Source: an uncultured Solirubrobacterales bacterium
GTDB lineage: Bacteria; Actinomycetota; Thermoleophilia; Solirubrobacterales; JACPNS01
Assembly: GCA_937128795.1 (NCBI GenBank)
Contig: CAKZMQ010000022.1
Span: 28,511-92,510 of the forward strand
Length of the DNA: 64,000 nucleotides
Direction: 5' to 3'
The notes beneath the pieces are model-generated. The model worked only from the letters and a program-made list of their open reading frames with translations. It did no database searches and was not told where the DNA came from. Position numbers and translations under genes: made by a program. Positions within the stretch are counted from its first letter, which is position 1. Every line of letters starts with the position of its first letter. Positions 55,385-64,000 of this stretch are shown here, one piece after another.

Positions 55385-57517
55385 TCAGCCGACCGCACGC
55401 AGCGGGCGTCGGCGATGCTCGGTTTTGATCGATCGCTCGCACTGATCGACGCGCGCAATCAGTTCGGTGACTGTGTCACCGGGGCGATTAGTTGCGTAGC
55501 CGATGCTTGCGTTGGGATTCACGTCATTACAGATTCGCAGTCTCGCGTTGATGATCGCGTTCGCAAGTCGCATCTCCAACTCATCGATGTTCAGCTCTCC
55601 GTGGTGGGGTACCAACGCCATGAATTCGTCGCCCCCGCGGCGCACCGCGAGGTCGTAAGCGCGCATCTCGAACTGGATCGCCTCCGCCACCTCGACAAGC
55701 GTGCGATCCCCGAGCGAGTGACTGTGACGATCGTTCACCTGTTTGAAGTCGTCGAGGTCGATCATGAAAACGGTCACGTTGCCGCCCAGGGTCGTCGCGC
55801 GCGCCAACTCTTCGCCGAGGCGTTCCTTCATGCGCCTGACGTTGGCGAGCCCGGTCAACGGGTCAGCGCCGGAGAGCCGCTCACTCTCGTCGCAAGCAGC
55901 TCGCGTCTGCTTCAACGCGCGCGGCAGGATAACCCCGACGAGCATCACCACTGCGGTTGTTTGGATCGTTCGAATCAACGAAAGCTCGTAGCTTGTGGTT
56001 GAGATCAGGTAGCCGTAGCTGGCCATCGCGAACATTGCATAAGTGAAAGCGGCTCTTCGCTGAACCACATAGAACGCGACCATTGCAGGAACGACGAGCA
56101 GGTCGACCGTGGCATTGAGCATTTCGCCCGACTGACTTACGAGCAGGGTCGTGAGCAGGATCGTGCCGATCAGCGCGAGGTGGATAGCCGCCGTGCTGTG
56201 CAGCTTCCGACCGGCAGTCATACATATGACCGCAGCGAGTGACGCCAGCAGACAAACTGCGAACACCGCCGATCGCGAAATCGATTCGCTGTGCCCGGAT
56301 GCTCCGAGCAGCGGCACGGTCACCGCGATCAGCGCGTAGCTTCCGGCGAGCATCTTCCAGGAGGCTTTCCTCACCATCTCGTCATAGCTCGGCAACGAGA
56401 CGACCGGTTGCACGCCGTGCAGACGACCGTCATCGGTGACGGCTTCTTCCGGCTCGAACAACTGCACCACTTGCGATTGACCGCGCACGGGATTCCCGCG
56501 ACGTCGGCGGGATTCGACCTTGGCGCTGTGAAGTGCATCGTCGGCGCGTTGCAGAATCGCTTCGGCGTGCTCGCCCGGCACGTGTTCGGCGATCCCGATG
56601 CTGCAGCCGTTCTCTATCGAGGGGCAGAGATTCATCCTCACCTCCTCCACCGCGTCGGCGATTCGATCCCGCAGTGTTTCGATCGTTCGAGTCGGGCGAT
56701 ACAGAGCGAGGATCGTGAACTCGTCGCCACCCCGTCGCACGACGAGGTCGCCCGTCTCGGTTTCGCGTTCGATCGCACGTGCGACCTCCACCAGCACTCG
56801 ATCACCGGTGGAATGACCGAGTTCGTCATTGACATCCTTGAACGCATCCAGATCCAGCGTGAGCAGTCCGAACCTGCCGATATCTGTTCGTTCTTCTCTG
56901 GCGATCTCTTCGCGCAGTCGAGTGTTCAGCGTCCGCGTATTCCACGCGCCCGTCAACGGGTCAGTTTGAGCCAGTCCGCGGTTGAGTGCGAGCACCATTC
57001 GCAGTTGCGAGTAACCGATGATCAGCAACGACGCGGCGCTGACCACGACTGCCGCGATGACGATCGCGCGCGGCAATGGCGTCGTGTCCTGGCCAAAGAT
57101 CACGAATCCGCATGAGCCCACGACGCCGGCGACTATGTATGGCCACGCGCGGTTGAGCGGAAAAATCATCAGAGCGATAACCATCGGAAGCATCGGATAG
57201 ATGACGTCGGCGCTGTGCGGGTTCGGATCGAGCATGCTCGTTCCGACGATTGCCACCCATCCGCCTCCAAGGACGAGGTGGTACCAAGGATCGACGGCCA
57301 ACTCCATGCGTCCGCAGACGTACCAGACGACGCCCAAAACTATCGCCGCAGCGCCGCCGGTCAGGAACGGCGCGAGCGGGAGCTGCACGGGTGTCAGGTG
57401 GAAGGCAAAAGAGGCGCTCTGAATCGTGCCAAGCGTGAGCCACAACAGCGCAGCCATGTTCCAGAGGAATCGCGGATCGACGCCCGCGGAATCGTGATTT
57501 ATCGAGTTGTCGTTCAA
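55385..57517 (-). CDS. membrane protein with two tandem [multi-TM + GGDEF] modules (dual diguanylate cyclase)
   Basis: Module 1 is DPLTGAWNTR...LDLDAFKDVNDELGHSTGD...VVRRGGDEFTIL. Module 2 is DPLTGLANVR...IDLDDFKQVNDRHSHSLGD...AVRRGGDEFMAL. Each follows ~6 TM helices. An RxxD (RAYD) lies five residues before GGDEF only in module 2. Confidence 0.8.
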   Translation of the reverse strand: MNDNSINHDSAGVDPRFLWNMAALLWLTLGTIQSASFAFHLTPVQLPLAPFLTGGAAAIVLGVVWYVCGRMELAVDPWYHLVLGGGWVAIVGTSMLDPNPHSADVIYPMLPMVIALMIFPLNRAWPYIVAGVVGSCGFVIFGQDTTPLPRAIVIAAVVVSAASLLIIGYSQLRMVLALNRGLAQTDPLTGAWNTRTLNTRLREEIAREERTDIGRFGLLTLDLDAFKDVNDELGHSTGDRVLVEVARAIERETETGDLVVRRGGDEFTILALYRPTRTIETLRDRIADAVEEVRMNLCPSIENGCSIGIAEHVPGEHAEAILQRADDALHSAKVESRRRRGNPVRGQSQVVQLFEPEEAVTDDGRLHGVQPVVSLPSYDEMVRKASWKMLAGSYALIAVTVPLLGASGHSESISRSAVFAVCLLASLAAVICMTAGRKLHSTAAIHLALIGTILLTTLLVSQSGEMLNATVDLLVVPAMVAFYVVQRRAAFTYAMFAMASYGYLISTTSYELSLIRTIQTTAVVMLVGVILPRALKQTRAACDESERLSGADPLTGLANVRRMKERLGEELARATTLGGNVTVFMIDLDDFKQVNDRHSHSLGDRTLVEVAEAIQFEMRAYDLAVRRGGDEFMALVPHHGELNIDELEMRLANAIINARLRICNDVNPNASIGYATNRPGDTVTELIARVDQCERSIKTEHRRRPLRAVG

Positions 57518-57674
57518 ACTGTCCGGAGTATCGACCGTTTGCCGCTCGCCCTGCGGCGAGTATCAGGTATGCGAGCGGCGTGATGGACGAACGTTGGATG
57601 CCCGTCCGAAAACTGCGAACGCGCCACCGTCACTAGTGGGGTGACGGCCACCGGATTGCTAGGTCGCGCGCAGG

Positions 57675-58916
57675 CTAGACGCCCGCGTAGCCACGCTTGC
57701 GTGTCTCCAAGAAGAAGCGCTCAAATGCCAGCTTCGCCCAATGCGCCTGCGGTCCGGCCATAACCCGCGGGTGTTCCGAGTCTCCGAGAACGTGGTCGGC
57801 CTTGAAGATGATCCCGCTATTGCCCGCGTCAAGCACGCAGATCGCCTCGAGTTCGCTCAGTGGAAGGCTTTTACGGTCACCGCCCTGGATGTCCGCGACA
57901 ATGTTCTGCGCCGCGGTGCGGCCCATGATCTCGCTCATATGGCCGGTCTTCGGCACGCCAGCGGGGACAAGTGTCTCGTGTGGCGGTTTGATCGCAATGT
58001 CAACGCCAGCGGCATAGATGGAATCGATTTCTGTGTGTCGGAACTCGTCGTCCACCGCGATGAACCCCATCGGATTTCCCAGACCCTCCGTCTTCGTCAC
58101 GACATCGACTCCGGCAAATGGCGGGACAACCATCGAGAATGCGAACTCAAGCACGCGCCCGCCATCAAGTTCCATCTCGCCGTCGCGCACCTCCTTGATC
58201 ACGTTGTTAGGAATTCCCTCAATGTCGAGCTTGCCGAAGAACTTTTCTACGCGCTGTTCGGAGTCGGCGACGCCGCCGAGGCCGAAGTGACCGAGAAACG
58301 GTTCAGCCGTGATGAACTTGACCGGAGCTACGTCCTCCAAACCGGCCTTCTTGATCCGATGCTTGGTGTTGAGTAGAAACTCGTACGACGCCCCGAAGCA
58401 GGACCCGCCCTGCGCCGTACCGATCACGACCGGCCCGGGGTTCTCAAGAAATCGGTCCCATGCGTCGCGAGTAAGCAGCGCATGCTCCATGTTGCACACG
58501 GACTGCGTGTGACCGCCCTCCGGACCGAGTCCGAGAATTTTCTCGAACGCCAGACGCGGGCCGGTGGCGAGAAGTAGCCGTTCGTAGGCAAGTTCTTCAC
58601 CACCAGAGGTAACGAGCGTACGACCGTCGAGGTCGATGCCGACTGCCGCCTCATTGATGAAGCGGATGCCTTTCTTCTCGTACATCGGGGCAAACGGGAA
58701 AGTGATGTCCTTGGGCTCGCGCAGCCCGAAGGGGAGCCAAATCAATGATGGGATGAACGTGAATTCAGCTCGCGGTTCGAGCACGACGACCTCGTGCCGC
58801 GAGTCGAGCTGCTTGCGTAGATCCAAGGCCGCGGTCATCCCCGCAAAACTCGAACCAACGACTATTACGCGTTTACCCTCGGTGGTATCGCTCACAACCA
58901 CCACCCCGCTTTCCAC
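57675..58916 (-). CDS. sulfide:quinone oxidoreductase-like FAD-dependent oxidoreductase
   Basis: N-terminal FAD fold VIVVGSSFAGMTAA. There are two conserved-position cysteines (QSVCNMEH and EAICVLDAG) as in SQR-type enzymes. Confidence 0.65.
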   Translation of the reverse strand: MESGVVVVSDTTEGKRVIVVGSSFAGMTAALDLRKQLDSRHEVVVLEPRAEFTFIPSLIWLPFGLREPKDITFPFAPMYEKKGIRFINEAAVGIDLDGRTLVTSGGEELAYERLLLATGPRLAFEKILGLGPEGGHTQSVCNMEHALLTRDAWDRFLENPGPVVIGTAQGGSCFGASYEFLLNTKHRIKKAGLEDVAPVKFITAEPFLGHFGLGGVADSEQRVEKFFGKLDIEGIPNNVIKEVRDGEMELDGGRVLEFAFSMVVPPFAGVDVVTKTEGLGNPMGFIAVDDEFRHTEIDSIYAAGVDIAIKPPHETLVPAGVPKTGHMSEIMGRTAAQNIVADIQGGDRKSLPLSELEAICVLDAGNSGIIFKADHVLGDSEHPRVMAGPQAHWAKLAFERFFLETRKRGYAGV

Positions 58917-59015
58917 TTCACTCCATTTCGATGTCCACTAGATCGTCTCACACAACTTCCGATTGCGGTACGTAGTTCTCACGCGTTTGACATAGGCACT
59001 GGGTACGCTGCGCGC

Positions 59016-59279
59016 ATGCCGATCACAGACGAACAGATGCTCGAAACACTGCACCGGCTCAATTCACTGAGCTTCGTGCACACCGAGGGTTTCACTTGCT
59101 TCACGCAAATGGCGATCGAGACCAGTGGGCTCGACCCCGAGGCGGCCGAGCAGTGGCTGCTTGCCAACGGCGGTCATTTAAAGCACGTGCGCGTACCGGA
59201 ACCGGGCAATCAGGGCCGACGTATGCAACAGCCGGATTCCGAGCCGTGTTACTTCGTGCCAGACAGTTTGCTCGCCTGA
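59016..59279 (+). CDS. small hypothetical protein (87 aa)
   Basis: It is the only ORF filling the gap. Codon third positions are G/C-biased like neighbouring genes, and a strong hairpin follows. Confidence 0.4.
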   Translation: MPITDEQMLETLHRLNSLSFVHTEGFTCFTQMAIETSGLDPEAAEQWLLANGGHLKHVRVPEPGNQGRRMQQPDSEPCYFVPDSLLA

Positions 59280-59334
59280 GCGAACTGCGCGACGCGTCGG
59301 TTCGACGTGATTCAGCCGACCGCGTAGTCGCACG

Positions 59335-59366
59335 ATGAGAGACCCAGCCGAAGCCGGGTCTCTCAT
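59335..59366. terminator. bidirectional hairpin between convergent genes
   Basis: Perfect 11-bp stem atgagagaccc/gggtctctcat with a 10-nt loop, between the 87-aa ORF and the lipase gene. There is no clear T-run. Confidence 0.5.
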
Positions 59367-59380
59367 GTCGCGAGATTTGA

Positions 59381-60715
59381 TTAGGGAGCTGCGGTGATCG
59401 GCGCCAGCGAGTTGCCGGGCGCAATCTTGGAGCAGTTCTGCGGGATCGTCCATGAACCGAAGAAGCCGAAGCGATCGTTGGTCCACTTGATCGCCTGCGG
59501 AAGCCACTGCAACGCGCTCGTGACGTGGCTGCCTCCGTACTCGTTGTATTGAACCTTCACACCCGCAGCGCAGTATTGGCGGGCCAGCGAGCGGACGTCG
59601 CCGGCGATCATCACGCCGTCGCCCTTACCGATGCCGGGCTTGTCACCGGGCGTGCCCTCGAGCTCGCCACCGGTGCCCTGACCGATCAGCATCGGGATCG
59701 TCGGTGTGCCTCCCGTGCCCATGATTACCTTGTTGGCCGCGGTCACGTACGCCGGGATCGACTCGGGCGTCGGGTACTCGGGCTTCGCCAAGTCAGTCCA
59801 CTTGAGGCCCGGGTACTGGCCGAGGGCATTGATGATCGACGCGTCCTTGAGTTCGTCGTAAATCCGTGCACCGTTTTCGCTCAGGTACGGGGTGAGGTCG
59901 ATTCCGTACGACCTTGCGATTCCGATGATCGCCATCGGCATCACGCCAGCCCAGATCGGCGTGCCCTCGACGTAGTAGAGGTTGTGCGCCGGGTGCACGA
60001 GCACTCCACCGAACGCCGCGCCGATCAGGTTGTTGTTCAGGTCCGGCGCGTAGGTCGGCGCAAGTTCGGCCGCCCACTCGGTTGCAATTGCACCGCCGGA
60101 GTACCCGATCATCGCGACCTTCGCCTTGTTCGAGAGCTTGACGGCCGGCGAGCTCTTTGCCGCGCGAATCGAGTCGAGCGTGTTGGTTCCATACTCGGGA
60201 CCGGCGGCGAAGTTCGCAGTCTGTCCCTGTGTGTCCGAGATGACGATCGTGTAGCCCTTGAGCAGGAATGGCGAAAACAGCAGCGTCTCGATTTGTGGGA
60301 TCGCACCGCCCAGCGAAAGCCCACCGGCGATCTGCACGGAAGGCTGGTCGTTGGGGTTGAGCGAGTCGTAGAACGACTGATACGAGATGACTTTTTCGCG
60401 ATTGAGGCAGAACAGGCATGCAGGCTGAACGACCGAGGTCACGTTGACCGACGGCTGACCCTGCGCGTTGGTCGCTCGATAGAGCAGCTGTGTTGCCTTC
60501 AACGGTGTCGCCAGTCCAACGATGTGGTACGGGACGGTGCGTGTTTTCAGAACCGTGCCGGGTGCGTAACTGGCCAGCGGCGTGCCGCCTGTGTACTGGT
60601 AGAACGCGTCATTGGCCGAAGCGGCGCTTGCCGAGGTCGACCCGACCATCGCTATTGCAGCGCATGCCGCGAGCAGGCTGACCCCACGGGCCAACCGCTT
60701 CCGAGTGGTATTCAA
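59381..60715 (-). CDS. secreted LIP-family (secretory lipase) alpha/beta hydrolase
   Basis: Signal peptide (...GSTSASAASA) and nucleophile elbow GYSGGA in MIGYSGGAIATEWAAELAPTYAPDLN. Confidence 0.75.
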   Translation of the reverse strand: MNTTRKRLARGVSLLAACAAIAMVGSTSASAASANDAFYQYTGGTPLASYAPGTVLKTRTVPYHIVGLATPLKATQLLYRATNAQGQPSVNVTSVVQPACLFCLNREKVISYQSFYDSLNPNDQPSVQIAGGLSLGGAIPQIETLLFSPFLLKGYTIVISDTQGQTANFAAGPEYGTNTLDSIRAAKSSPAVKLSNKAKVAMIGYSGGAIATEWAAELAPTYAPDLNNNLIGAAFGGVLVHPAHNLYYVEGTPIWAGVMPMAIIGIARSYGIDLTPYLSENGARIYDELKDASIINALGQYPGLKWTDLAKPEYPTPESIPAYVTAANKVIMGTGGTPTIPMLIGQGTGGELEGTPGDKPGIGKGDGVMIAGDVRSLARQYCAAGVKVQYNEYGGSHVTSALQWLPQAIKWTNDRFGFFGSWTIPQNCSKIAPGNSLAPITAAP

Positions 60716-60848
60716 GATATTTCCTCCCCAGGAAACTTCCGCACAGGCTTTGAACCGAATCAGTAACGCGCGGGATTGTTTACGGACCGGGCCAGCCTAC
60801 CCAAAAACCGAACAATTGTCTAGTTTCGGCTGGCGGCGACGGCCAAGC

Positions 60849-61442
60849 TCAGCCTTGTGCCAGACGCTCCGCGCGCTGCTTCATGCCGAGCAACATCTTG
60901 CGTTCCATGACCAGCGACGCTGGCTCCATCGGGAGCATTCCGATCTTGTCGACCAACCGGTTCAGGCGAAAACTGTTGCGGCTGATCAGCCGAGTCTTGC
61001 CGTCGCGCTCGTGCAGCACGAAGCTCCATACCCAGTTGCCGTCGGAGGATCGCCAGGCGATCGCCCGGTTGACGTCGACAAGTTCAACGATCATCTTGTT
61101 CTCGCCCATGCCGATCGCGTCGCCGATCATCGGATGCTGGAATTCGGGTAACACCTCGTCCACGCTGTGCATGTCCAGACCGAGCAGGTTCTCGATCCAG
61201 TCATATGTGTACACGCCGCCGCGCGGGGCAGGTCCGATCTGCACGATCCAGGGCCATATCTGGTCGGCTGCGGCATCGACCGTGATTGCGCGCGTCGCCA
61301 CACCGTTTGGGCTGGCGATCAACTCATCGCCCGGAAGCTCTGCCGCAATCTCTTCAGCAGTCGCACCCCAGTGCAGGATCGGCTGGCGCGCGAGGCGCCA
61401 GTAGACAGCGGCGAGAAAAACCATTAGTGCGAGTCGCTTCAT
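60849..61442 (-). CDS. SRPBCC-family (polyketide cyclase/dehydrase-like) protein
   Basis: 197 aa from the ATG at 61442 (MKRLALMVFL...). The pattern ...AITVDAAADQIWPWIVQIG...GGVYTYDWIENL... is typical of SRPBCC proteins with an N-terminal anchor. Confidence 0.6.
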   Translation of the reverse strand: MKRLALMVFLAAVYWRLARQPILHWGATAEEIAAELPGDELIASPNGVATRAITVDAAADQIWPWIVQIGPAPRGGVYTYDWIENLLGLDMHSVDEVLPEFQHPMIGDAIGMGENKMIVELVDVNRAIAWRSSDGNWVWSFVLHERDGKTRLISRNSFRLNRLVDKIGMLPMEPASLVMERKMLLGMKQRAERLAQG

Positions 61443-61521
61443 CCCGAAGAGTTTTGCGCGAATGACGGCCCTGCAGGTAGGTAATTGCCACGGACTACCA
61501 CGCTGAACGACACTGCGCACC

Positions 61522-61947
61522 GTGTTTAATCGTTCAATGGCTCCTGTTCCACCTGCCCGCCACCTGCTCAAAGCGAAGGACTGCGCTGACGCGATGTTTG
61601 CCGAGCGAATCGGCGTGGACGACATGGCCGCCGCGGCGGGTCTCTCCCGCGCGCATTTCTCGCGGGAGTTCAAACGAGTGTTCGGCGAATCGCCAAACGA
61701 CTATCTACTCACGCGGCGACTCGAACGTGCTGCGTCGCTGCTGCGCGACACGGACTATCCGGTCAATGAGATCTGCCTGATGATCGGGCTTCGCAGTGTC
61801 GGCACGTTCACTGCAGCATTCAAACGGACCTACGGCAAACCACCCAATGCCTATCGAGAAAGCATGCCTCCGGCCGCGCGCAACGTGCCGATGCCGCCCT
61901 GCTTGATTCGCGCGCACACGAGACAGCAGAAGGTCAGCACAAAATGA
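61522..61947 (+). CDS. AraC-family HTH transcriptional regulator (short, DNA-binding domain only)
   Basis: MAAAAGLSRAHFSREFKRVFGESPNDYLLTRRLERAASLLRDTDYPVNEICLMIGLRSVGTFTAAFKRTYGKPP. Confidence 0.85.
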   Translation: MFNRSMAPVPPARHLLKAKDCADAMFAERIGVDDMAAAAGLSRAHFSREFKRVFGESPNDYLLTRRLERAASLLRDTDYPVNEICLMIGLRSVGTFTAAFKRTYGKPPNAYRESMPPAARNVPMPPCLIRAHTRQQKVSTK

Positions 61948-62022
61948 GAATCACCCGTATCGCCTCGCTTCTAAGTTGGCACGATGTGGTATTCAAGCCA
62001 AAACGAGAACAGGGAGATATCG

Positions 62023-62439
62023 ATGATCAAGATCAACAGCACGCAACTTTGGGTCCATGACCAGGACGAAGCATTGGCGTTCTACACCGAGAAGATCGGG
62101 ATGGTCGTCAAACAGGATGTGTCGATCGAGGAACTCGATGGCTTTCGCTGGCTCACGGTCGGCATTTCCGACCAAGACGTTGACATTGTGTTGATGGCGA
62201 TCCCCGGCGCGCCGATGGTGGATGCCACGACCAAAGCCGAAGTCGAATCACTGATGGCGAAGGGTTTTGCGGGCACGATCTTTCTCGAGACGAATGACAT
62301 CCATGCCGACTACAACACACTCAAGTCACGCGGCGTCGAGTTCATTCAAGAACCGACCGAGGCTCCGTACGGCATCGACACAGGCTTTCACGATCCATCC
62401 GGCAACAGTCTGCGCCTGACTCAAGTATCGCTGCCGTGA
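62023..62439 (+). CDS. VOC/glyoxalase-family protein
   Basis: MIKINSTQLWVHDQDEALAFYTEKIGM...FHDPSGNSLRLTQ is the typical VOC beta-alpha-beta-beta-beta pattern. The start is set at the ATG at 62023. Confidence 0.8.
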   Translation: MIKINSTQLWVHDQDEALAFYTEKIGMVVKQDVSIEELDGFRWLTVGISDQDVDIVLMAIPGAPMVDATTKAEVESLMAKGFAGTIFLETNDIHADYNTLKSRGVEFIQEPTEAPYGIDTGFHDPSGNSLRLTQVSLP

Positions 62440-62454
62440 CGAGTACCGCAGACC

Positions 62455-62501
62455 GGTGCAATCGACAACGCATCGCGTACGCGTCTCACGCTGGTCGCAA
62501 A
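62455..62501. repeat. 47-bp direct repeat, copy A (44/47 identical to 63792-63838)
   Basis: ggtgcaatcgacaacgcatcgcgtacgcgtctcacgctggtcgc... copies codons 2-16 of the GST-like gene downstream. Confidence 0.8.
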
Positions 62502-62555
62502 ATCGATCGCCGGGTTTGTGGATTTACATAGCCGTTTCTGGCAGAATTGCCGTCC

Positions 62556-63737
62556 ATGCCAGGTCGAGATGCAGTGATCGTCGGCGCGCGATGCGCCGGT
62601 TCAAGTCTTGCCATCGCGCTCGCTCGCGAAGGATGGAACGTCACGATGGTCGATCGCGACGAGTTTCCGAGCGACACGATTTCGACGAATCTGATTTTTC
62701 CGAACACGGTTTCGCGGCTCGATCAGCTGGGCGTCCTCGACACGCTCCTAACCAACCACGACGTGCCGAGCTTGGGTTTCAGAATCATCGGGTTCGGCCA
62801 CGAGTGCGCGGGCGGCTTCACACCGGTGGACGGTTTCGACAAGCTGATCTCGCCACGGCGGATTGCGCTCGACAATGCGATGGTTGAAACTGCCCTCGCC
62901 GTCGGAGTCAATGGTCGCTTCGGTGAACGCGTGGTGGAATTGATCGGATCGGGCACGTCCGAAGATCCTGTCGCCGGTGTCGTGCTCGAGGGAGGCGAGG
63001 AGATCAGGGCCGACTGGGTCTTCGGTGCTGACGGGCGAGCCTCCACGGTTGCTGGAAAACTCGGGATCGAGAAATCGAATCCGATGCGGGGCGAGGTCGC
63101 CTACCTGCTTGCCTTTTGGCGCGGGATACCGAACGACGGCTACGCGACTTCGGACATTCGCGACGACGCGATTCTCAGCAGTTGGGCCGCCGAGGACGGC
63201 GTTCATCTATTGACGGCATGGGGAGATCCAGAGTTCACACGCGGCAGCAAAGACGAATTACTACCCAAGTATTTGGACTTTCTCAAACAGTTCCCGGAAA
63301 CACTCGACCAAGCCGCACTCGCAAATGCCGAAATGGTGAGCGATCTGATCGTCGCACCCGAGACTTTGATGCGGGGATACTTCCGTCAGCCGGCTGGACC
63401 GGGATGGGCGCTTGTGGGCGACTCCTGCCACTTCAAGCACCCTGGTACCGGCCAAGGCATTGGTGACGCGATCGAACAGTCGATCCACGTGGCCGAGGGA
63501 GTGTCAGGCAAAGATCCGTACTTAAGCGGCTACGGCGACTGGCTGAACGGCCGCTCACTGCAGCAGTACCCGTGGTCGTATGCGTGGGGCAGTTTTCCGA
63601 AGTCTGCACAACAGTTCGTCGGTTGGGCGACGGAAGAGGACGCTGCCCAGGACATGCGCGATTCCTTCTCTCGACAGGTGGAGCCGTCACAGGTGCTCAC
63701 CAAGGACCGAATCGAGCGTTGGTTCAGCACCGCCTAG
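62556..63737 (+). CDS. FAD-dependent oxidoreductase/monooxygenase (geranylgeranyl-reductase/halogenase-like fold)
   Basis: N-terminal dinucleotide fold DAVIVGARCAGSSLAIALAREGWNVTMVDRD, then later GADGRASTVA and the GD motif LVGDSCHFKHPGTGQGI. A TTG at 62547 is an alternative start. Confidence 0.8.
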   Translation: MPGRDAVIVGARCAGSSLAIALAREGWNVTMVDRDEFPSDTISTNLIFPNTVSRLDQLGVLDTLLTNHDVPSLGFRIIGFGHECAGGFTPVDGFDKLISPRRIALDNAMVETALAVGVNGRFGERVVELIGSGTSEDPVAGVVLEGGEEIRADWVFGADGRASTVAGKLGIEKSNPMRGEVAYLLAFWRGIPNDGYATSDIRDDAILSSWAAEDGVHLLTAWGDPEFTRGSKDELLPKYLDFLKQFPETLDQAALANAEMVSDLIVAPETLMRGYFRQPAGPGWALVGDSCHFKHPGTGQGIGDAIEQSIHVAEGVSGKDPYLSGYGDWLNGRSLQQYPWSYAWGSFPKSAQQFVGWATEEDAAQDMRDSFSRQVEPSQVLTKDRIERWFSTA

Positions 63738-63788
63738 ATCAAATGGCGAATTTCACCGTCACGTTCGGCTAGCCCGTAGGATGGCCGG

Positions 63789-64000
63789 ATGGGTGCAGTC
63801 GACAACGCTTCGCGGACGCGTCTCACGCTGGTCGCGATTCCGATCAGCCACTACTGCGAGAAGGCCCGCTGGGCACTCGAGCGCGCCGGGATCGATTACG
63901 AAGAGGAACGCCACCTTCAAGGCTTTCACCACTACTTCGCCAAGCGGCGCGGTGGCGACTTCACGACGCCGGTGCTCGTATTCCCGGATGGGCGACCCGC
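63789..64000 (+). CDS. glutathione S-transferase N-terminal-domain protein, 3' end cut by window edge
   Basis: MGAVDNASRTRLTLVAIPISHYCEKARWALERAGIDYEEERH...TTPVLVFPDG is a thioredoxin-like GST_N pattern. The frame stays open to the window end. Confidence 0.65.
   Translation, partial: MGAVDNASRTRLTLVAIPISHYCEKARWALERAGIDYEEERHLQGFHHYFAKRRGGDFTTPVLVFPDGRP
63792..63838. repeat. 47-bp direct repeat, copy B (inside the 5' end of the GST-like gene)
   Basis: ggtgcagtcgacaacgcttcgcggacgcgtctcacgctggtcgc... Confidence 0.8.

Noticed and set aside
59525-60766. 413-aa + strand ORF opposite the lipase gene
   Set aside because: It is an antisense artefact. The - strand has a signal peptide and the GYSGG nucleophile elbow.
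62456-62887. 143-aa + strand ORF starting in repeat copy A and overlapping the FAD-oxidoreductase gene out of frame
   Set aside because: The sequence is Arg-rich. The oxidoreductase frame has the dinucleotide-binding and GD motifs.

Overview
This 64-kb window looks like the chromosome of a high-GC, actinobacterium-like organism. That assignment rests on an initiator tRNA with a C1/U72 end, a SigA-type primary sigma factor and a Get3/ArsA-like ATPase pair. All calls come from reading the six-frame translations and the DNA by eye; no searches were run. About 50 protein genes, one tRNA and several repeats and terminators are supportable. Many long ORFs on the opposite strand of real genes are high-GC artefacts and are listed as rejected.

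Layout by region:
- 0-33.9 kb is housekeeping and envelope genes. It holds a DrrAB-like ABC exporter, GGT, a translationally coupled parA-ftsZ pair, two ArsA/Get3-like ATPases, an 857-aa orphan protein, HxlR, an orphan PilT, SigA, a TPP enzyme, an MFS transporter, Ppx, an AI-2E transporter, a phosphodiesterase, an MBL hydrolase, a 1584-aa galactose-oxidase-like repeat protein, a beta-propeller/cytochrome c lipoprotein and a GAF histidine kinase.
- 33.95-40.9 kb is an integration hotspot at tRNA-fMet carrying three direct copies of the tRNA 3' part. The first interval is a 4.4-kb integrative element with Rep, a hypothetical protein, a type II restriction-modification pair, Int and Xis. The second is an integrase-less remnant with an ADH and an AraC regulator.
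- 41.5-43.7 kb is an AT-richer segment with a consensus promoter driving a BclA-like collagen-triplet protein.
- 50.2-57.5 kb is a c-di-GMP cluster built from internally duplicated membrane-HD-GYP and membrane-GGDEF proteins.
- 57.7-64 kb is accessory metabolism. It holds an SQR-like oxidoreductase, a LIP lipase, SRPBCC, AraC and VOC genes, and an FAD oxidoreductase bracketed by 47-bp repeats that copy the 5' end of the neighbouring GST gene.

Strongest candidates for follow-up:
- the tRNA-fMet tandem island array and its R-M cargo
- parA-ftsZ, where FtsZ carries a ~190-aa N-terminal disordered extension
- the 38-bp inverted repeat with G-U-compatible substitutions in the divergent parA/arsA-like region
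- the collagen-like gene
- the duplicated c-di-GMP enzymes
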